Shown: positions 22,048-33,100, numbered from the stretch's first letter. The stretch: 64,000 nt of DNA from Acidobacteriota bacterium (GCA_963663735.2 CAXXHN010000002.1:205073-269072); one strand, 5' to 3'. The notes: a model not told the origin generated them from the letters alone. Numbers and translations are program-made.

Positions 22048-22812
22048 ATGTTTTCGCACGCGATTGTCCGGAAGCCAGGCAGAAGTTTAATCAGGGGATT
22101 AACCAGGGCGGGTTACCTGGGAATTCCCGACTATTACCAAGCGGTCGAACAGTTTGAATCTTATGTTTCTGCTTTGCAAGCTTGCGGGCTGAAGGTGAGG
22201 GAACTGGACGCGGAGGAAAGGTTTCCGGATTCCACTTTTGTTGAAGACACGGCTTTATTAACTCCCCTATGCGCGATTATCACTAATCCCGGGGCATTAA
22301 CCAGGAAAGGGGAGGAACTGGAAATCAGGAAGGTTGTCCGGGAATATTATTTTGATGTTGAAGAAATTCTGTCACCAGGCACGGTGGAAGCAGGTGACAT
22401 CATGATGGTTGGGGATCACTATTACATAGGCTTATCTGAACGGACTAACCTGGATGGGGCGGAACAGGTCATACGAATTTTGACCAGTCATGGTATGAGT
22501 GGATCAGTGGTCAAGCTGGAAAAAGTACTTCATTTAAAAACCGGATTATCCTACCTGGAGAATAATAACCTGCTGGCCTGCGGCGAATTTTTATCAAATC
22601 CGGAATTCGGGAAGTTCAATATTATTGAAGTTCCCGAAGAGGAGAGTTACGCGGCCAATTGTGTCTGGATTAATGATAAGGTGCTGGTACCAAAAGGTTA
22701 TCCGGATACTAAAGCGAAGATAGAAGATGCCGGGTACCAGGTAATTGAACTTGATACTTCTGAATTCCGCAAGCTGGACGGCGGACTGAGCTGTCTCTCG
22801 CTTCGGTGGTAG
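22048..22812 (+). CDS. N(G),N(G)-dimethylarginine dimethylaminohydrolase (amidinotransferase superfamily)
   Basis: FPDSTFVEDTA, R.GE, EAGD, LHLKTG, YAANC, FRKLDGGLSCLSLR (catalytic Cys). Start ATG 22048. Confidence 0.9.
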   Translation: MFSHAIVRKPGRSLIRGLTRAGYLGIPDYYQAVEQFESYVSALQACGLKVRELDAEERFPDSTFVEDTALLTPLCAIITNPGALTRKGEELEIRKVVREYYFDVEEILSPGTVEAGDIMMVGDHYYIGLSERTNLDGAEQVIRILTSHGMSGSVVKLEKVLHLKTGLSYLENNNLLACGEFLSNPEFGKFNIIEVPEEESYAANCVWINDKVLVPKGYPDTKAKIEDAGYQVIELDTSEFRKLDGGLSCLSLRW

Positions 22813-22951
22813 CAGGACTGCCCGGAATCTTCCGGTTCATGAATGACAGCCTGCTGGCCTGTTTTGTTGCCCTGTCCCGCAGGCAGGGGAGATATGCGTC
22901 TTTACCTAATTGCTGCTTTCTTCTTTCCCGGCAGTTTATTAGAATTCAGTC

Positions 22952-25900
22952 ATGGGAAAAAAATCTATCCTTTGGATTCTTTTTGTTCTTTTATCCGCAG
23001 GATCGCTTGTTTTTACCTTCATCTACTTTTCCAATGCTTTTCCGCTGGTGAACCTGGACTTGCAGATGGACAGGTCTGGTGCCTTCAATTCTTCCCGGAT
23101 TCTGGCTGAGGAAAATAACTGGGGACCGGATGGTTATAAGCAGGCAGCTTCTTTTGGCGTGGACAGCACTGTCCAGACCTACGTTGAACTGGAAGCAGGG
23201 GGAGCTGAAGCCTTCAGCGAAATGATCGAAGGAAACCTGTATTCACCATACACCTGGCAGGTGAGGCATTTCCGGGAAAAAGAAGCCAGGGAAACGATAG
23301 TCTTGTTTACCCCGGCAGGAAAGGCTTACGGTTTCAGTGAGAAGCTTCCGGAAGAGGATCCTGGACCAGCACTGGAGAGGCCTGTCGCCCTGGAAATTGC
23401 CGAAGATACAGCCAGGAAACAATGGGGCATCAATTTTGACGGTTATAAACTGATCGAAACATCTGATGAGGTCCGCACCGGAGGCAGGATCGACCACTCA
23501 TTTGTTTATGAGAGGGAGGATGTCAAACTCGGACAGGCTTATTACAGGCTGAGGCTGGTTGTCGGAGGCGACCGGCTGACAGAGCTTCGTCATTACGTCA
23601 AGGTTCCAGAGGAATTCATAAGGTCCTACGAGGAGATGCGTTCAGCAAATGACACTATCGCGCTCTTGTCGAATATTGCTTTCTTTTTTCTCTATATCCT
23701 GGGTGGATGTGTGATAGGGCTGTTTTTCCTGCTGCGCCAGAAATGGGTGATCTGGAAAACTCCGCTCATGTGGGGAGGATTGATTGGATTGCTCCAGTTC
23801 ATCGCCGGAATAAATTATTTTCCGATTATGTGGATGCAGTACGATACAGCCATATCCTCGACCAGTTTCGTTCTGCAGCAGACAGGAGGAGTCCTGGCGT
23901 CTTCACTATTAATGGCCCTGCTTCTGGTACTGTCTTTCATGGCAGCAGAAAGCCTGACAAGAAAAGCATTTCCCGGACATGTGCAGTTGTGGCGAATATG
24001 GTCCAGGGATGTTGCCTCTTCACCACAGGTAGCCGGATATACTTCAGCCGGCTACCTGTTAGTGGGTGTCTTTTTTGCCTTTGAAGTATTGCTCTACTTG
24101 ATGAATTCCAGGTGGTTCGGGTGGTGGTCTCCTTCTGATGCCCTTTTTGATCCTGACCTGCTTGCAACCTACTTCCCATGGATGGGTTCAATAGCCAATT
24201 CCGCCCAGGCAGGCTTCTGGGAGGAGTGCCTGTTCAGGGCCGTACCCCTGGCCTGTGCCGCGCTGCTCGGGAAAAAATTTGGGAAAAAGGCATGGTGGAT
24301 AGGCGGAGCCCTGATTCTGCAGGCTGTTATTTTTGGTGCCGGACATGCCAATTACCCAGCACAGCCTGCCTATGCCAGGGTAGTGGAACTGATCATCCCG
24401 GCTATTGGGTTTGGCCTGATATATCTTTATTTCGGCCTGCTTCCGGCTATTGTCCTGCACTACGCCTATGACGCGGTCTGGATGTCGCTTCCCCTTTTCG
24501 TGTCAACGGCTCCAGGGATCTGGATTGATCGGACCATGGTGATACTCCTGACCCTGGTTCCCATGGGAGTTGTTCTCCTGGCCCGGCTGAGGTCCGGGCA
24601 ATGGAAAGCTGTTTCAGTCGATGACCTGAATGCTTCATGGCAGCCTGAGCCGGATCTTCCGGAAGCGGCGGGAGTTCCCGAAGAGCTCTCGTTTGAACAC
24701 GACAGCAACCCGGACGAGGTTGAAAGGAAACCGGGGAAGATTCTATGGATAGCCCTGGCTGTGGCTGGAGTCATGTCATGGGTGCTTTTGTCTGATTTTT
24801 CTATTGATGCCCCTCCTGTCTCGGTGGGACGGAAAACAGTAGAAGCTCATGCTGTATCAGAGCTCGAAGCAGAGGGAGTGATGCTGGACAGGAGTTGGAA
24901 GACTATCAGCACCATCGTGAATCCCATGGGGATTGACGACAGCTTCACCTGGAGGGAAGGAGGTCCAGATAAATATCATGAATTGATGGGTAAATATCTG
25001 TCTCCTCCCCAGTGGATAGTGAATTTCGTTACCTTTGAAGGGGATGTTGCGGCCAGGGCTGAAGAATACCGGCTGCATTTTAACGGTGCCGGAGAAAGGA
25101 TCCGTTACACTCACGTATTTCCGGAAAAGTCAGCAGGGGCGGTAATTGAAGAAGATGAAGCCCGAAAACTGGCTGATAAGGCAGTGCTTACTATTTATCA
25201 GCTTGATCCGGCCGAGCTGACGCTGGTGTCCTCAGAGCCGGTTAAGCGGGATAACCGGCGCGACTGGACATTCGTATATTCCGACCCGGTTCATTACGGG
25301 CTGGAACAGGGTGAGGCCAGGATTGAAGTGAACATTGCGGGAGACAGGATCAGCGACAGCAGGAGGTTTGTCTTTGTGCCTGAAGAATGGCAAAGGGATG
25401 AACGCAGCCGGATGATTGTTACCGATATCCTGCATTACGGGAGTTACGGCGTCCTGGGGGTGATTTTTCTCTGTGGAATGATCTGGGGTATTGTTTTCTG
25501 GAGCAAGAGGAAATTTTCTGCAAGGATTTTTCTGTATGGAACCGGGGGGATGTTTATCCTCAACGCCCTTGGTATAGTCAATAACTGGCAGCAGGTTCTG
25601 TCAGGGTTCAGTACGGCTCAACCCTTCCGGAACCAGGTATTGATCGTATTCCTTGGCAGTCTCCTGGTTACAGTTTTTCTCTCAGGGGCCGTCGGGTTGC
25701 TTCTTGGCCTGGCTTATTATCTTTCGAATGAAAGAAAAAGTTCGGGAAACCTGTTTGCCAGAGGAATGGCGATGGGTTTTTTTGCTGCCGGAGTGCTGGC
25801 CTTGATAGGACTTGTTTCACCTGACATGGAACCATTCTGGCCTGGTTCCGGAGCATTGAATGGAATGTTTCCCCTGCTTTACTATTTTGTCTCACCATTA

Positions 25901-26302
25901 AAGAGTCTGGTTTTGACCTCTGCCCTGCTTCTGTTTATCTTTTCAGCGGTTTCCTTCCTTACTCATGGATGGCATTGCAGAAGAGGGCAATTCAGTGTAC
26001 TTTTAGTCCTTTTAGGGGTACTGATTTCTGGCTCTCAAGGTGCATCTGACCTGACATCCTGGGTCATATCAGGCCTTCTGACCGGACTGGCTATTCTGGC
26101 GGCATATATTTTCCTGATCCGATACAGCCCGGCTGTGATCCCTCCGGCAATTGCCGCCGTGATGATCCTGGGTCAGGCAAAGGAAGTCTTTATCCAGCCT
26201 GGAGTACTTTCGATATCCGGCTTTATTATTACCGCGACTATGCTGGCAGCCGTGTCATATTGGTGGGTAAGTCACAGATATTCCGGGGTTGGAGAAGAGT
26301 GA
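22952..26302 (+). CDS. Large CPBP-family (Abi/CAAX) intramembrane glutamic endopeptidase-like protein
   Basis: EECLFR, FGAGH, H.AYD motifs; many TM helices; duplicated extracytoplasmic domain ending VKVPEEF / VFVPEEW. Confidence 0.82.
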   Translation: MGKKSILWILFVLLSAGSLVFTFIYFSNAFPLVNLDLQMDRSGAFNSSRILAEENNWGPDGYKQAASFGVDSTVQTYVELEAGGAEAFSEMIEGNLYSPYTWQVRHFREKEARETIVLFTPAGKAYGFSEKLPEEDPGPALERPVALEIAEDTARKQWGINFDGYKLIETSDEVRTGGRIDHSFVYEREDVKLGQAYYRLRLVVGGDRLTELRHYVKVPEEFIRSYEEMRSANDTIALLSNIAFFFLYILGGCVIGLFFLLRQKWVIWKTPLMWGGLIGLLQFIAGINYFPIMWMQYDTAISSTSFVLQQTGGVLASSLLMALLLVLSFMAAESLTRKAFPGHVQLWRIWSRDVASSPQVAGYTSAGYLLVGVFFAFEVLLYLMNSRWFGWWSPSDALFDPDLLATYFPWMGSIANSAQAGFWEECLFRAVPLACAALLGKKFGKKAWWIGGALILQAVIFGAGHANYPAQPAYARVVELIIPAIGFGLIYLYFGLLPAIVLHYAYDAVWMSLPLFVSTAPGIWIDRTMVILLTLVPMGVVLLARLRSGQWKAVSVDDLNASWQPEPDLPEAAGVPEELSFEHDSNPDEVERKPGKILWIALAVAGVMSWVLLSDFSIDAPPVSVGRKTVEAHAVSELEAEGVMLDRSWKTISTIVNPMGIDDSFTWREGGPDKYHELMGKYLSPPQWIVNFVTFEGDVAARAEEYRLHFNGAGERIRYTHVFPEKSAGAVIEEDEARKLADKAVLTIYQLDPAELTLVSSEPVKRDNRRDWTFVYSDPVHYGLEQGEARIEVNIAGDRISDSRRFVFVPEEWQRDERSRMIVTDILHYGSYGVLGVIFLCGMIWGIVFWSKRKFSARIFLYGTGGMFILNALGIVNNWQQVLSGFSTAQPFRNQVLIVFLGSLLVTVFLSGAVGLLLGLAYYLSNERKSSGNLFARGMAMGFFAAGVLALIGLVSPDMEPFWPGSGALNGMFPLLYYFVSPLKSLVLTSALLLFIFSAVSFLTHGWHCRRGQFSVLLVLLGVLISGSQGASDLTSWVISGLLTGLAILAAYIFLIRYSPAVIPPAIAAVMILGQAKEVFIQPGVLSISGFIITATMLAAVSYWWVSHRYSGVGEE

Positions 26303-26419
26303 AAAGGGAAGGGGGGAGTGCAGCGCCGCTAAATCGGGGAGGAGGGTAAGAGACGCTGCACTTTCAGATAAAAAGGTTTCTTTAAAGATTACTTTTTATC
26401 AGCGATTTTGTTTCGCTGT
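26301..26419 (-). ncRNA. Candidate small RNA with three hairpins and an anti-SD loop
   Basis: Stems at 26400-26405/26413-26418, 26367-26375/26392-26400 and 26317-26325/26354-26362; minus-strand loop CCCUCCUCCCC; pyrimidine tail; ECF-like promoter directly upstream. Not assigned to a known family. Confidence 0.55.
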
Positions 26420-26423
26420 TTAT

Positions 26424-26451
26424 TTAGACAGCATTTTCCCGGCTTAGTTCA
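26424..26451 (-). promoter_or_regulatory. ECF/sigmaE-like promoter
   Basis: Minus strand TGAACTA-agccgggaaaatgctg-TCTAA (16-bp spacer), preceded by A/T tracts; resembles the GAACTT-N16-TCTRA consensus. Confidence 0.6.
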
Positions 26452-26773
26452 AAATTTTTTTAAAAAAATAACTAAATAGTTGGAAAATAAGAAAATTTAA
26501 TTCTTATGATGTTCGATAAAAGGCTGGCTTGCCGCCACTCCTCCTTCTCAGACACCGGATTCCAGGCAGTGTGCCGCCTGTTTTCAATACACATTCAGTC
26601 GATTCAACAAATACTGCTATGATGAGGAAAGGCTCCTGAGGTTTGCATCGAAAATTTGCCTTGTACGGTTGACGGTAGAGGCTGGAAGATCGACAATTGG
26701 ATATCAGGAATTAAACCTGGAGTCTGGGGCAAATCTTGAATCCCGGATTATTATAAAGGCCAGGAAGAATATT

Positions 26774-27673
26774 ATGAAAAAAAACAGTGCGATAAAATCT
26801 TTAATTCTGATTGTCCTCCTTTTCCTGTCATCATCCGTCTTGTTTGGCGCAGATAAGATTACGGCCTTGATTATTGATGGGCAGAACAACCATGACTGGA
26901 AGCTGACAACTCCCTATCTCCAGGGTATCCTTGAAAACAGCGGAATTTTTTCGGTTAAGGTAAAAACCTCACCTGCCTCGGGAGATGACCTTTCATCTTT
27001 TTGTCCGGAATTTGCGGCGTTTGATGTTGTGGTTTTGAATTACAATGGGGACCCCTGGCCGGCCTCCACCATGGCGGCTTTCGAAAAATATGTGAAAAAC
27101 GGGGGAGGAGTTGTGGTTTATCATGCCGCTGATAATTCTTTCCCGGAATGGAAGGAATTTAACAGGATGATCGGACTTGGCGGATGGGGAGACCGGACTG
27201 AGAAGGACGGGCCTTACCTGAGATGGGAGGACGGAAAACCTGTGAAAGACAGTACTCCCGGCAAAGCCGGAAGCCATGGTAAAAGACATGAGTTCATTGT
27301 TGATAACCGGATTCCAGATCACCCTATATTGAGAGGCACCAGTCCCCGGTGGAAACATACCCTGGATGAGCTTTATGACAGCCTCCGGGGACCAGCCGAA
27401 AACATAACCCTCCTGGCTACGGCATATTCCGATCCGGAGACCGGTGGAACCGGTAAGAATGAGCCGATACTCTTCACGGTGGATTACGGTAAGGGGCGGA
27501 TTTTTCATACCGTGCTCGGCCATGACGATGTCTCCTGCTCGGGTGTCGGGTTCATGACTACTTTCGCCAGGGGCACTGAATGGGCAGCAACGGGAAAAGT
27601 TACAATTCCTGTACCGTCCGATTTTCCCGACGATAAGGTTGCTTCAAGCAGGAATCCCCTGGCAGAAAAGTAA
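26774..27673 (+). CDS. ThuA-like (trehalose utilisation) domain protein, secreted
   Basis: Signal peptide; IDGQNNHDW, GGGVVVYHAA, DELY, YGKGRIFHTVLGH, RGTEWAATG. Start ATG 26774 (ORF track 26669). Confidence 0.88.
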   Translation: MKKNSAIKSLILIVLLFLSSSVLFGADKITALIIDGQNNHDWKLTTPYLQGILENSGIFSVKVKTSPASGDDLSSFCPEFAAFDVVVLNYNGDPWPASTMAAFEKYVKNGGGVVVYHAADNSFPEWKEFNRMIGLGGWGDRTEKDGPYLRWEDGKPVKDSTPGKAGSHGKRHEFIVDNRIPDHPILRGTSPRWKHTLDELYDSLRGPAENITLLATAYSDPETGGTGKNEPILFTVDYGKGRIFHTVLGHDDVSCSGVGFMTTFARGTEWAATGKVTIPVPSDFPDDKVASSRNPLAEK

Positions 27674-27679
27674 AGCTAA

Positions 27680-29038
27680 ATGGAAAAACTACCAAGCCTG
27701 AAGATAGGGGTTCCGAGCGTAAGGGGTATTGTGGGGGAATCATTCACACCCCAGCTGGCAGCGGAGTTTGCCGCAGCCTTTGGATCCTGCTGCGGTCCTA
27801 ATGAGGTAGTGGTTGGTACAGATACACGCTCTTCACGGACCATGATCACCCATGCGGTTGTTTCAGGACTGCTGGGGGTTGGCTGTACGCCAATAGACGT
27901 TGGAATTGTCCCTTCGCCATCTCTTCAGCATCGTATCAGGACCGGAAACGCGGCCGGGGGTATCTGTATCACAGCCAGTCATAATCCTGTTCAATGGAAT
28001 GCTCTCAAATTTTTCGGATCTGAAGGGATTTCCCTGAGTCCGAATCAGTTTGCAGAACTGACCGGCCTTTATCACCAAGGTGCTTACGCGCGGGTGTCTT
28101 CCAGCAGGATAGGACGGCTGAAAACGGACGATTCGGTCATAAGCAGTCACTCCAGGATGATTGTTGATGCCCTGGATTCTGAACTTATCAGGAGTAGAAA
28201 ATTCAAGGTGGCTGTCGACTGCTGCAATGGCGCGGCGAGCATCGCCGCTCCCGAGTTTTTAAAAAAAATGGGCTGTCTGGTGTATAAGCTTAACTGTGAC
28301 ATTGGGAAACCGTTTCCTCGTAATCCTGAACCAATCAGGCAGAACATTGAAGAGTTTTGTTCTTTTGTCCGTGAATCAGATGCCGAGATTGGCTTTGCCC
28401 TGGATGCCGATGCTGACAGGCTGGCCCTGGTCGATGGCCAGGGTAACGCACTGGGAGAGGATTACACCCTCGCTCTGGTGGCTGCTTATTACCTGGAATC
28501 CGACATTTCTCCGATGGTGGTTAATGTTTCAACCAGCCAGATTATGGAGGATCTCGCCGAGCAATTCGGCACCAATGTTTTCCGGACCAAAGTGGGAGAA
28601 ACCCACGTGGTGGAGAAGATGTTCCAGACCGGAGCCAGGATTGGGGGAGAAGGCAATGGCGGAGTAATCGTTCCAGCGCTGAACCCCTGCCGTGACAGTT
28701 TTGTGGGCATGGGATACATCCTCGAGTACATGGCAAACAGGAAGCTTTCCATCGCTGAGTTGAAACAGCAGTTGCCTTCCTATGAGATGATCAAGTCGGT
28801 TGTTACCTGTCGGCCCAGGGATATCCTGCATTTCACAACAATGCTCAAGCATCTTTACCAGGATTTCAGGCTGGAAGCGTTGGACGGGTTGAAGATTTAT
28901 AAAGGCAGCGGGTGGATTCATGTCAGGGGATCAAAAACAGAACCGGTTGTCAGGATTATTGTTGAAGCTGAAAGCATGAAAGAAGCTGATTCCCTTCTTT
29001 CTGAAATACTTGATTACCTGAGGCCCCTGGTTCGCTGA
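27680..29038 (+). CDS. Alpha-D-phosphohexomutase (phosphoglucosamine/phosphomannomutase-like)
   Basis: ITASHNP phosphoserine motif, DADADR metal loop, GEGNGG, R.SKTEP. Confidence 0.92.
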   Translation: MEKLPSLKIGVPSVRGIVGESFTPQLAAEFAAAFGSCCGPNEVVVGTDTRSSRTMITHAVVSGLLGVGCTPIDVGIVPSPSLQHRIRTGNAAGGICITASHNPVQWNALKFFGSEGISLSPNQFAELTGLYHQGAYARVSSSRIGRLKTDDSVISSHSRMIVDALDSELIRSRKFKVAVDCCNGAASIAAPEFLKKMGCLVYKLNCDIGKPFPRNPEPIRQNIEEFCSFVRESDAEIGFALDADADRLALVDGQGNALGEDYTLALVAAYYLESDISPMVVNVSTSQIMEDLAEQFGTNVFRTKVGETHVVEKMFQTGARIGGEGNGGVIVPALNPCRDSFVGMGYILEYMANRKLSIAELKQQLPSYEMIKSVVTCRPRDILHFTTMLKHLYQDFRLEALDGLKIYKGSGWIHVRGSKTEPVVRIIVEAESMKEADSLLSEILDYLRPLVR

Positions 29039-29102
29039 CATGCCCCATGAAATCGAGTGATTAAGTTCTCCTGCGAAAGATACGGTGTGAGAAGATATTG
29101 AT

Positions 29103-29876
29103 ATGAAAACCAGAGCTGCTTTTGTTTTCTCGGTTACCGCCCTCCTGATATTCTGTTCAGGCGCCGCCCCGGATTATTCTGTATCTGAAAAGGTTTATAT
29201 GATCGGGGACAGAGAGGTCAGGGTACTGGAGCATATCTATGGGGAGTCCGGAATTACCATATTTAATATGCATGATGACGAGAACACCGCTGTTGAGGCT
29301 TCCCTGGAAGTAATCAGGAGGTTTGGAGGGAGGCTGGTTGAATTGCGACATTCCGGCGAACGGCTGATCTCCTTCAGGCTTGGGACTGAATCCTACCAGT
29401 TTGACCCGAACCGGATATTTACAAGCAGAGGCCTTGAAAATACCCTGGAAAAGTACAGCTCCTATTCCCCTCCCGCTTTCGAGGCTGTTTCTACATTTGC
29501 CTCAAAACTTCTGGAAGATTATAGGCTGGTTGATGCGGGCTTGATGATTACGGCCCACAATAACGGCAAGGGGGAATATTCGGCGGAAAGTTACCTGGCG
29601 GGAGCTGTTTATGAAACCGACGCAGCCGAAGTTATTTTGAATGAAGGATCTGACCCTGATGATTTCTTTTTTGTGACTACAAGGCCTGTTTTTGAGAAGC
29701 TGAAGACAGCCGGATTCAATGTGGTCTTACAGAATAACCAGACTGTAACCGACGACGGATCTCTTTCAGTACTGGCCGGGAGAAAAGGAATACCCTACAT
29801 TAATTGTGAAGCTGCAAAAGGTCACCTGAAAGAGCAAATCCGGATGCTGGAAGTTATCTGTTCCATGAACGATTAA
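29103..29876 (+). CDS. Exported hypothetical protein with M14-like Zn carboxypeptidase/deacylase motifs
   Basis: Signal peptide; HDDE (HxxE), DPNRIF, AHNN, YINCEA. Fold assignment is inference. Confidence 0.5.
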   Translation: MKTRAAFVFSVTALLIFCSGAAPDYSVSEKVYMIGDREVRVLEHIYGESGITIFNMHDDENTAVEASLEVIRRFGGRLVELRHSGERLISFRLGTESYQFDPNRIFTSRGLENTLEKYSSYSPPAFEAVSTFASKLLEDYRLVDAGLMITAHNNGKGEYSAESYLAGAVYETDAAEVILNEGSDPDDFFFVTTRPVFEKLKTAGFNVVLQNNQTVTDDGSLSVLAGRKGIPYINCEAAKGHLKEQIRMLEVICSMND

Positions 29877-30197
29877 CATGGTTTTGCATCCATCGGAGAT
29901 TTGGAAAACCTGCAAGAAAATTCAGCAGTTGGCCGAGCCGGATTATTCAGAGTGGAAACCTGTCAGATTCCATGTTTTTTTCGGTCTGATGATCCTTTCC
30001 CAAGCGATTTTCATTAGAATCCGACTCCCTGATTCGCCTCCCTGGCCCAACTCGTTCATTTCAAGCAGCGATTGAAGGGAACACTGTCAATCCTGTCCCG
30101 GATTTTCAATTTGTGTCCGGGTTGAAGTTTCCGGAATCATTTTTTCAAACAATTGTCTCCTTCTGCCAAAGGACATGACCTGGTCATTCAGTCAATA

Positions 30198-33100
30198 TCA
30201 ATCCTCAAACATTGGTTCAATCCGGGTGGTTGGTGGTATCGCCGCCATGTACCTCAGGTCTATATCCCCGAACAACTGCTGCCCGACAATAGGCTGGGTT
30301 GACTGGATTTTTATGTAACCACCTGACTGTGGTTCCAGGTCCGGCCACATTTCATCGTCCGTCAGGGTACGGGATATTCTTTGCCCTGGTCCCAACTGGA
30401 TATTTTTTGTCGCGACCTGGCTTCCTTCCAGGCCATAAACAATCAGGTCGATATCAGCGGTTGTCTCTCCGGGATTAAAGAGGGCGATCCCCGTGAATAC
30501 TCCGGGGAAGTCTCCCGATTTGGGGAAGCTGGCTACATGGTTGAATATGGCTTCTGTGAATAACCTTGTCTGCAGGGGCAGGGCAAGAGCATATTTGAGG
30601 TTATCGCCATCGGCAAATATTACATCTCCGATGATTCCCCCTCCGTCAGTTTCAACTGCCAGGGACCCAACCGTCATGCCTGTCGCAGGCAGTGAGAAAA
30701 TCTGACGGAAGTTTTTTTCCATAGAGCATTGTCCGCAGAGTTCAATCTCAGCGTCCGGAGCGATTAGTGACCCGTCCGGTGCGATGGCGGACAGTCGCAA
30801 CTGCCTGGTTTCCGTTGAAGTATTAACCAGCTTGACGCTGGTGACGATATCAGCGCTGCTTGCCATCTGGGCAGAATAAAGCAATCGTTCCTGGGAAGCT
30901 TCCACTGCGTTAAGTCCCATTGCGGTGCGTATCCCAGGAATCTCTATCCGGGAGAAACCTACAATTCCCGGTCCGTCGGAGGTTTCGACAGACATGTAGG
31001 TGTTTTCCAGGCCATGCCCGGAACCAAAAAGTTCATTCGCGGTTTTGGTAATGAAACCCTTTCCAGGGATTGTGACCGGATTTGAGCTGAGGCTGGAGCC
31101 CTCTCCCACCAGGACGAAACTGACAGAAAGCGGTTCGTCAAATGGATTCACGACACTATACTGGATATCAGGGTTGAAGCCAGCCAGAAGGCCTTCTTCC
31201 AACGGACGAGTAAAGTAGAGCTTTTTGGCATACCTGGTCTGTGTCTCGGCTCCATCCAGCATACTGGTATCGGTAACTCCGAAGAGAAAAAGACTTCCCA
31301 TTTTGTTCGTATTTTCGGCAGCCACCTCAATCCAGGAAACAGTATGCGGAGAGGAGACTTTACCGAAGAATTCAACTCCAAGCAGGGATAATTGCTTATT
31401 GGGTAAAATCTGGTGTACAGAAGGATTTTGTGGAGCATTCTCCAGGTTTCCGGCCTCACCATAGGTCGAGAGTGTCACATTAAAAGCAGTATCTCCAAAG
31501 TTTGAGATAACTATGCCTGTGAACCTGTCCAGAGCTCTTTTCCATACCGGGATAAAGGCCCTGCTCAGGTTTCCGGTAGTTACCGGGGCTGTCTCTATTT
31601 CGGGGCTGGTGAGGGTGTTGCTGTTACCCTGGTGCTTCCAGGTGACCGCCCTGAGCTTGAAAGCATAGTCAGTACCTGGTTCAAGGTCTGGGATGGTGTA
31701 GGAGTCCACGTTTTTATCAGACGTGATTCCGACTTTTTGAAAATTCCCGATCCCTGCCTTTTTAAAGAATATTTCGTATCCTCCGTCATTTTCGGTGTAG
31801 GCAATTGGGTCCCAGGTGAGGTCGACGCGATTTTCCTGCAGTGAGTTCCCAGCCTGTGCGGACAGGTTTCCGGGTGCCAGAGTCTGGGTGTTTGTGAATC
31901 TGTTTCCGTGTTTAGCCTCCACTGGGGCTAGGATATTATGGTTGGATGACTGCAGCTGGTTCCAGCGGAGATCTATTGATTCAGGAGGATTGGTAAGGAA
32001 ACCGGGAAGATCCCCGGACATGAGGTTTCCTGAAGCCCACAAACCCCGAAGGTTGTTGAGATTTCCGAAAGAGTTGGGGACCGTTCCTTCCAACTGGTTA
32101 TTGGAGAGGCCAAGCCTGCGCAAGCTGCCCAAATACCCGAGGTTGACCGGAATTTCCCCGGTAAGGTTATTGTTACTCAGGTATAGGGCCAACAGGGAGG
32201 GAAGATTGCCCAGCTCCGGGGGAATGGTCCCTTCCAGTTCATTGCTGTACAAAGACAGGTAGTTGAGGTATGGCAAGTTAGCCAGCTGGGATGGAATCGT
32301 TCCTGTCAGCTGATTTTCCTGCAGAAATAGCTCCTGCAGGAAAAATAGATTTCCCAGGCTGACGGGGATTTCCCCGGTAAGGTTGTTTCCGTTCAGTTTA
32401 AGTGAATCAAGATATCCCAGGTTTCCCAGGGATGACGGGATGGAACCGGTCAACAGGTTCCCAGACAAGTCCAGTGTGGAGAGGTTGGCAAGAAGGGATA
32501 TGTCGGGGTCTATTTCTCCTGTAAGCAGGTTATTTTTCAGGGAAAGTGTTGTGAGGTTAACCAGTCCGTTAAGAGAAGAGGGAATTGTCCCGGTGAGTCT
32601 GTTATCACCTGCTGTGAGTTGGGTAAGGTTTGTAAGGCTGCCGACTCCGGCAGGGATGGGTCCGGACAGGAAATTTCCATCAAGAAGGAGAGCCAACAGC
32701 TCTGAGAGGTTTTCAATCCCGGCCGGTATTCCGCCTTCCAGCTGGTTGGTATATAAAGACAGTACCCGCAGGTAGTTCAGATTCGAAACAGAGACCGGTA
32801 TTTCTCCGGTCAACAGGTTGTCTTCCAGCCACAGCTGGTCCAGGTTTACGAGATTTCCGATGTTTTCAGGAATATTGCCTGAAAGGTAGTTTGAGGAGAG
32901 GTCAAGATACCAGAGATTGCTCATCCCGGTCAGCCCAGCGGGAATCTCCCCCCAAAGCTGGTTGTCCCAGAAACTAAGGTACTGAAGCTGAGCCAGGGAC
33001 GTGATCTCAACTGGAATTTCACCCCACAGATAGTTACCGGTAAAGTCGAGTTCTTCTAAATAAGGCAGGTTTCCTATTTCTTCGGGTATTTCTCCGGAAA

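Noticed and set aside
26317-26364. Simple plus-strand intrinsic terminator for the CPBP gene
   Set aside because: A 28-nt loop and only a short T run on the plus strand fit poorly; the minus-strand sRNA reading explains more, though a dual role is possible.
29878-30075. 65-aa ORF after the M14-like gene
   Set aside because: Short, no RBS or motif; cannot be supported.
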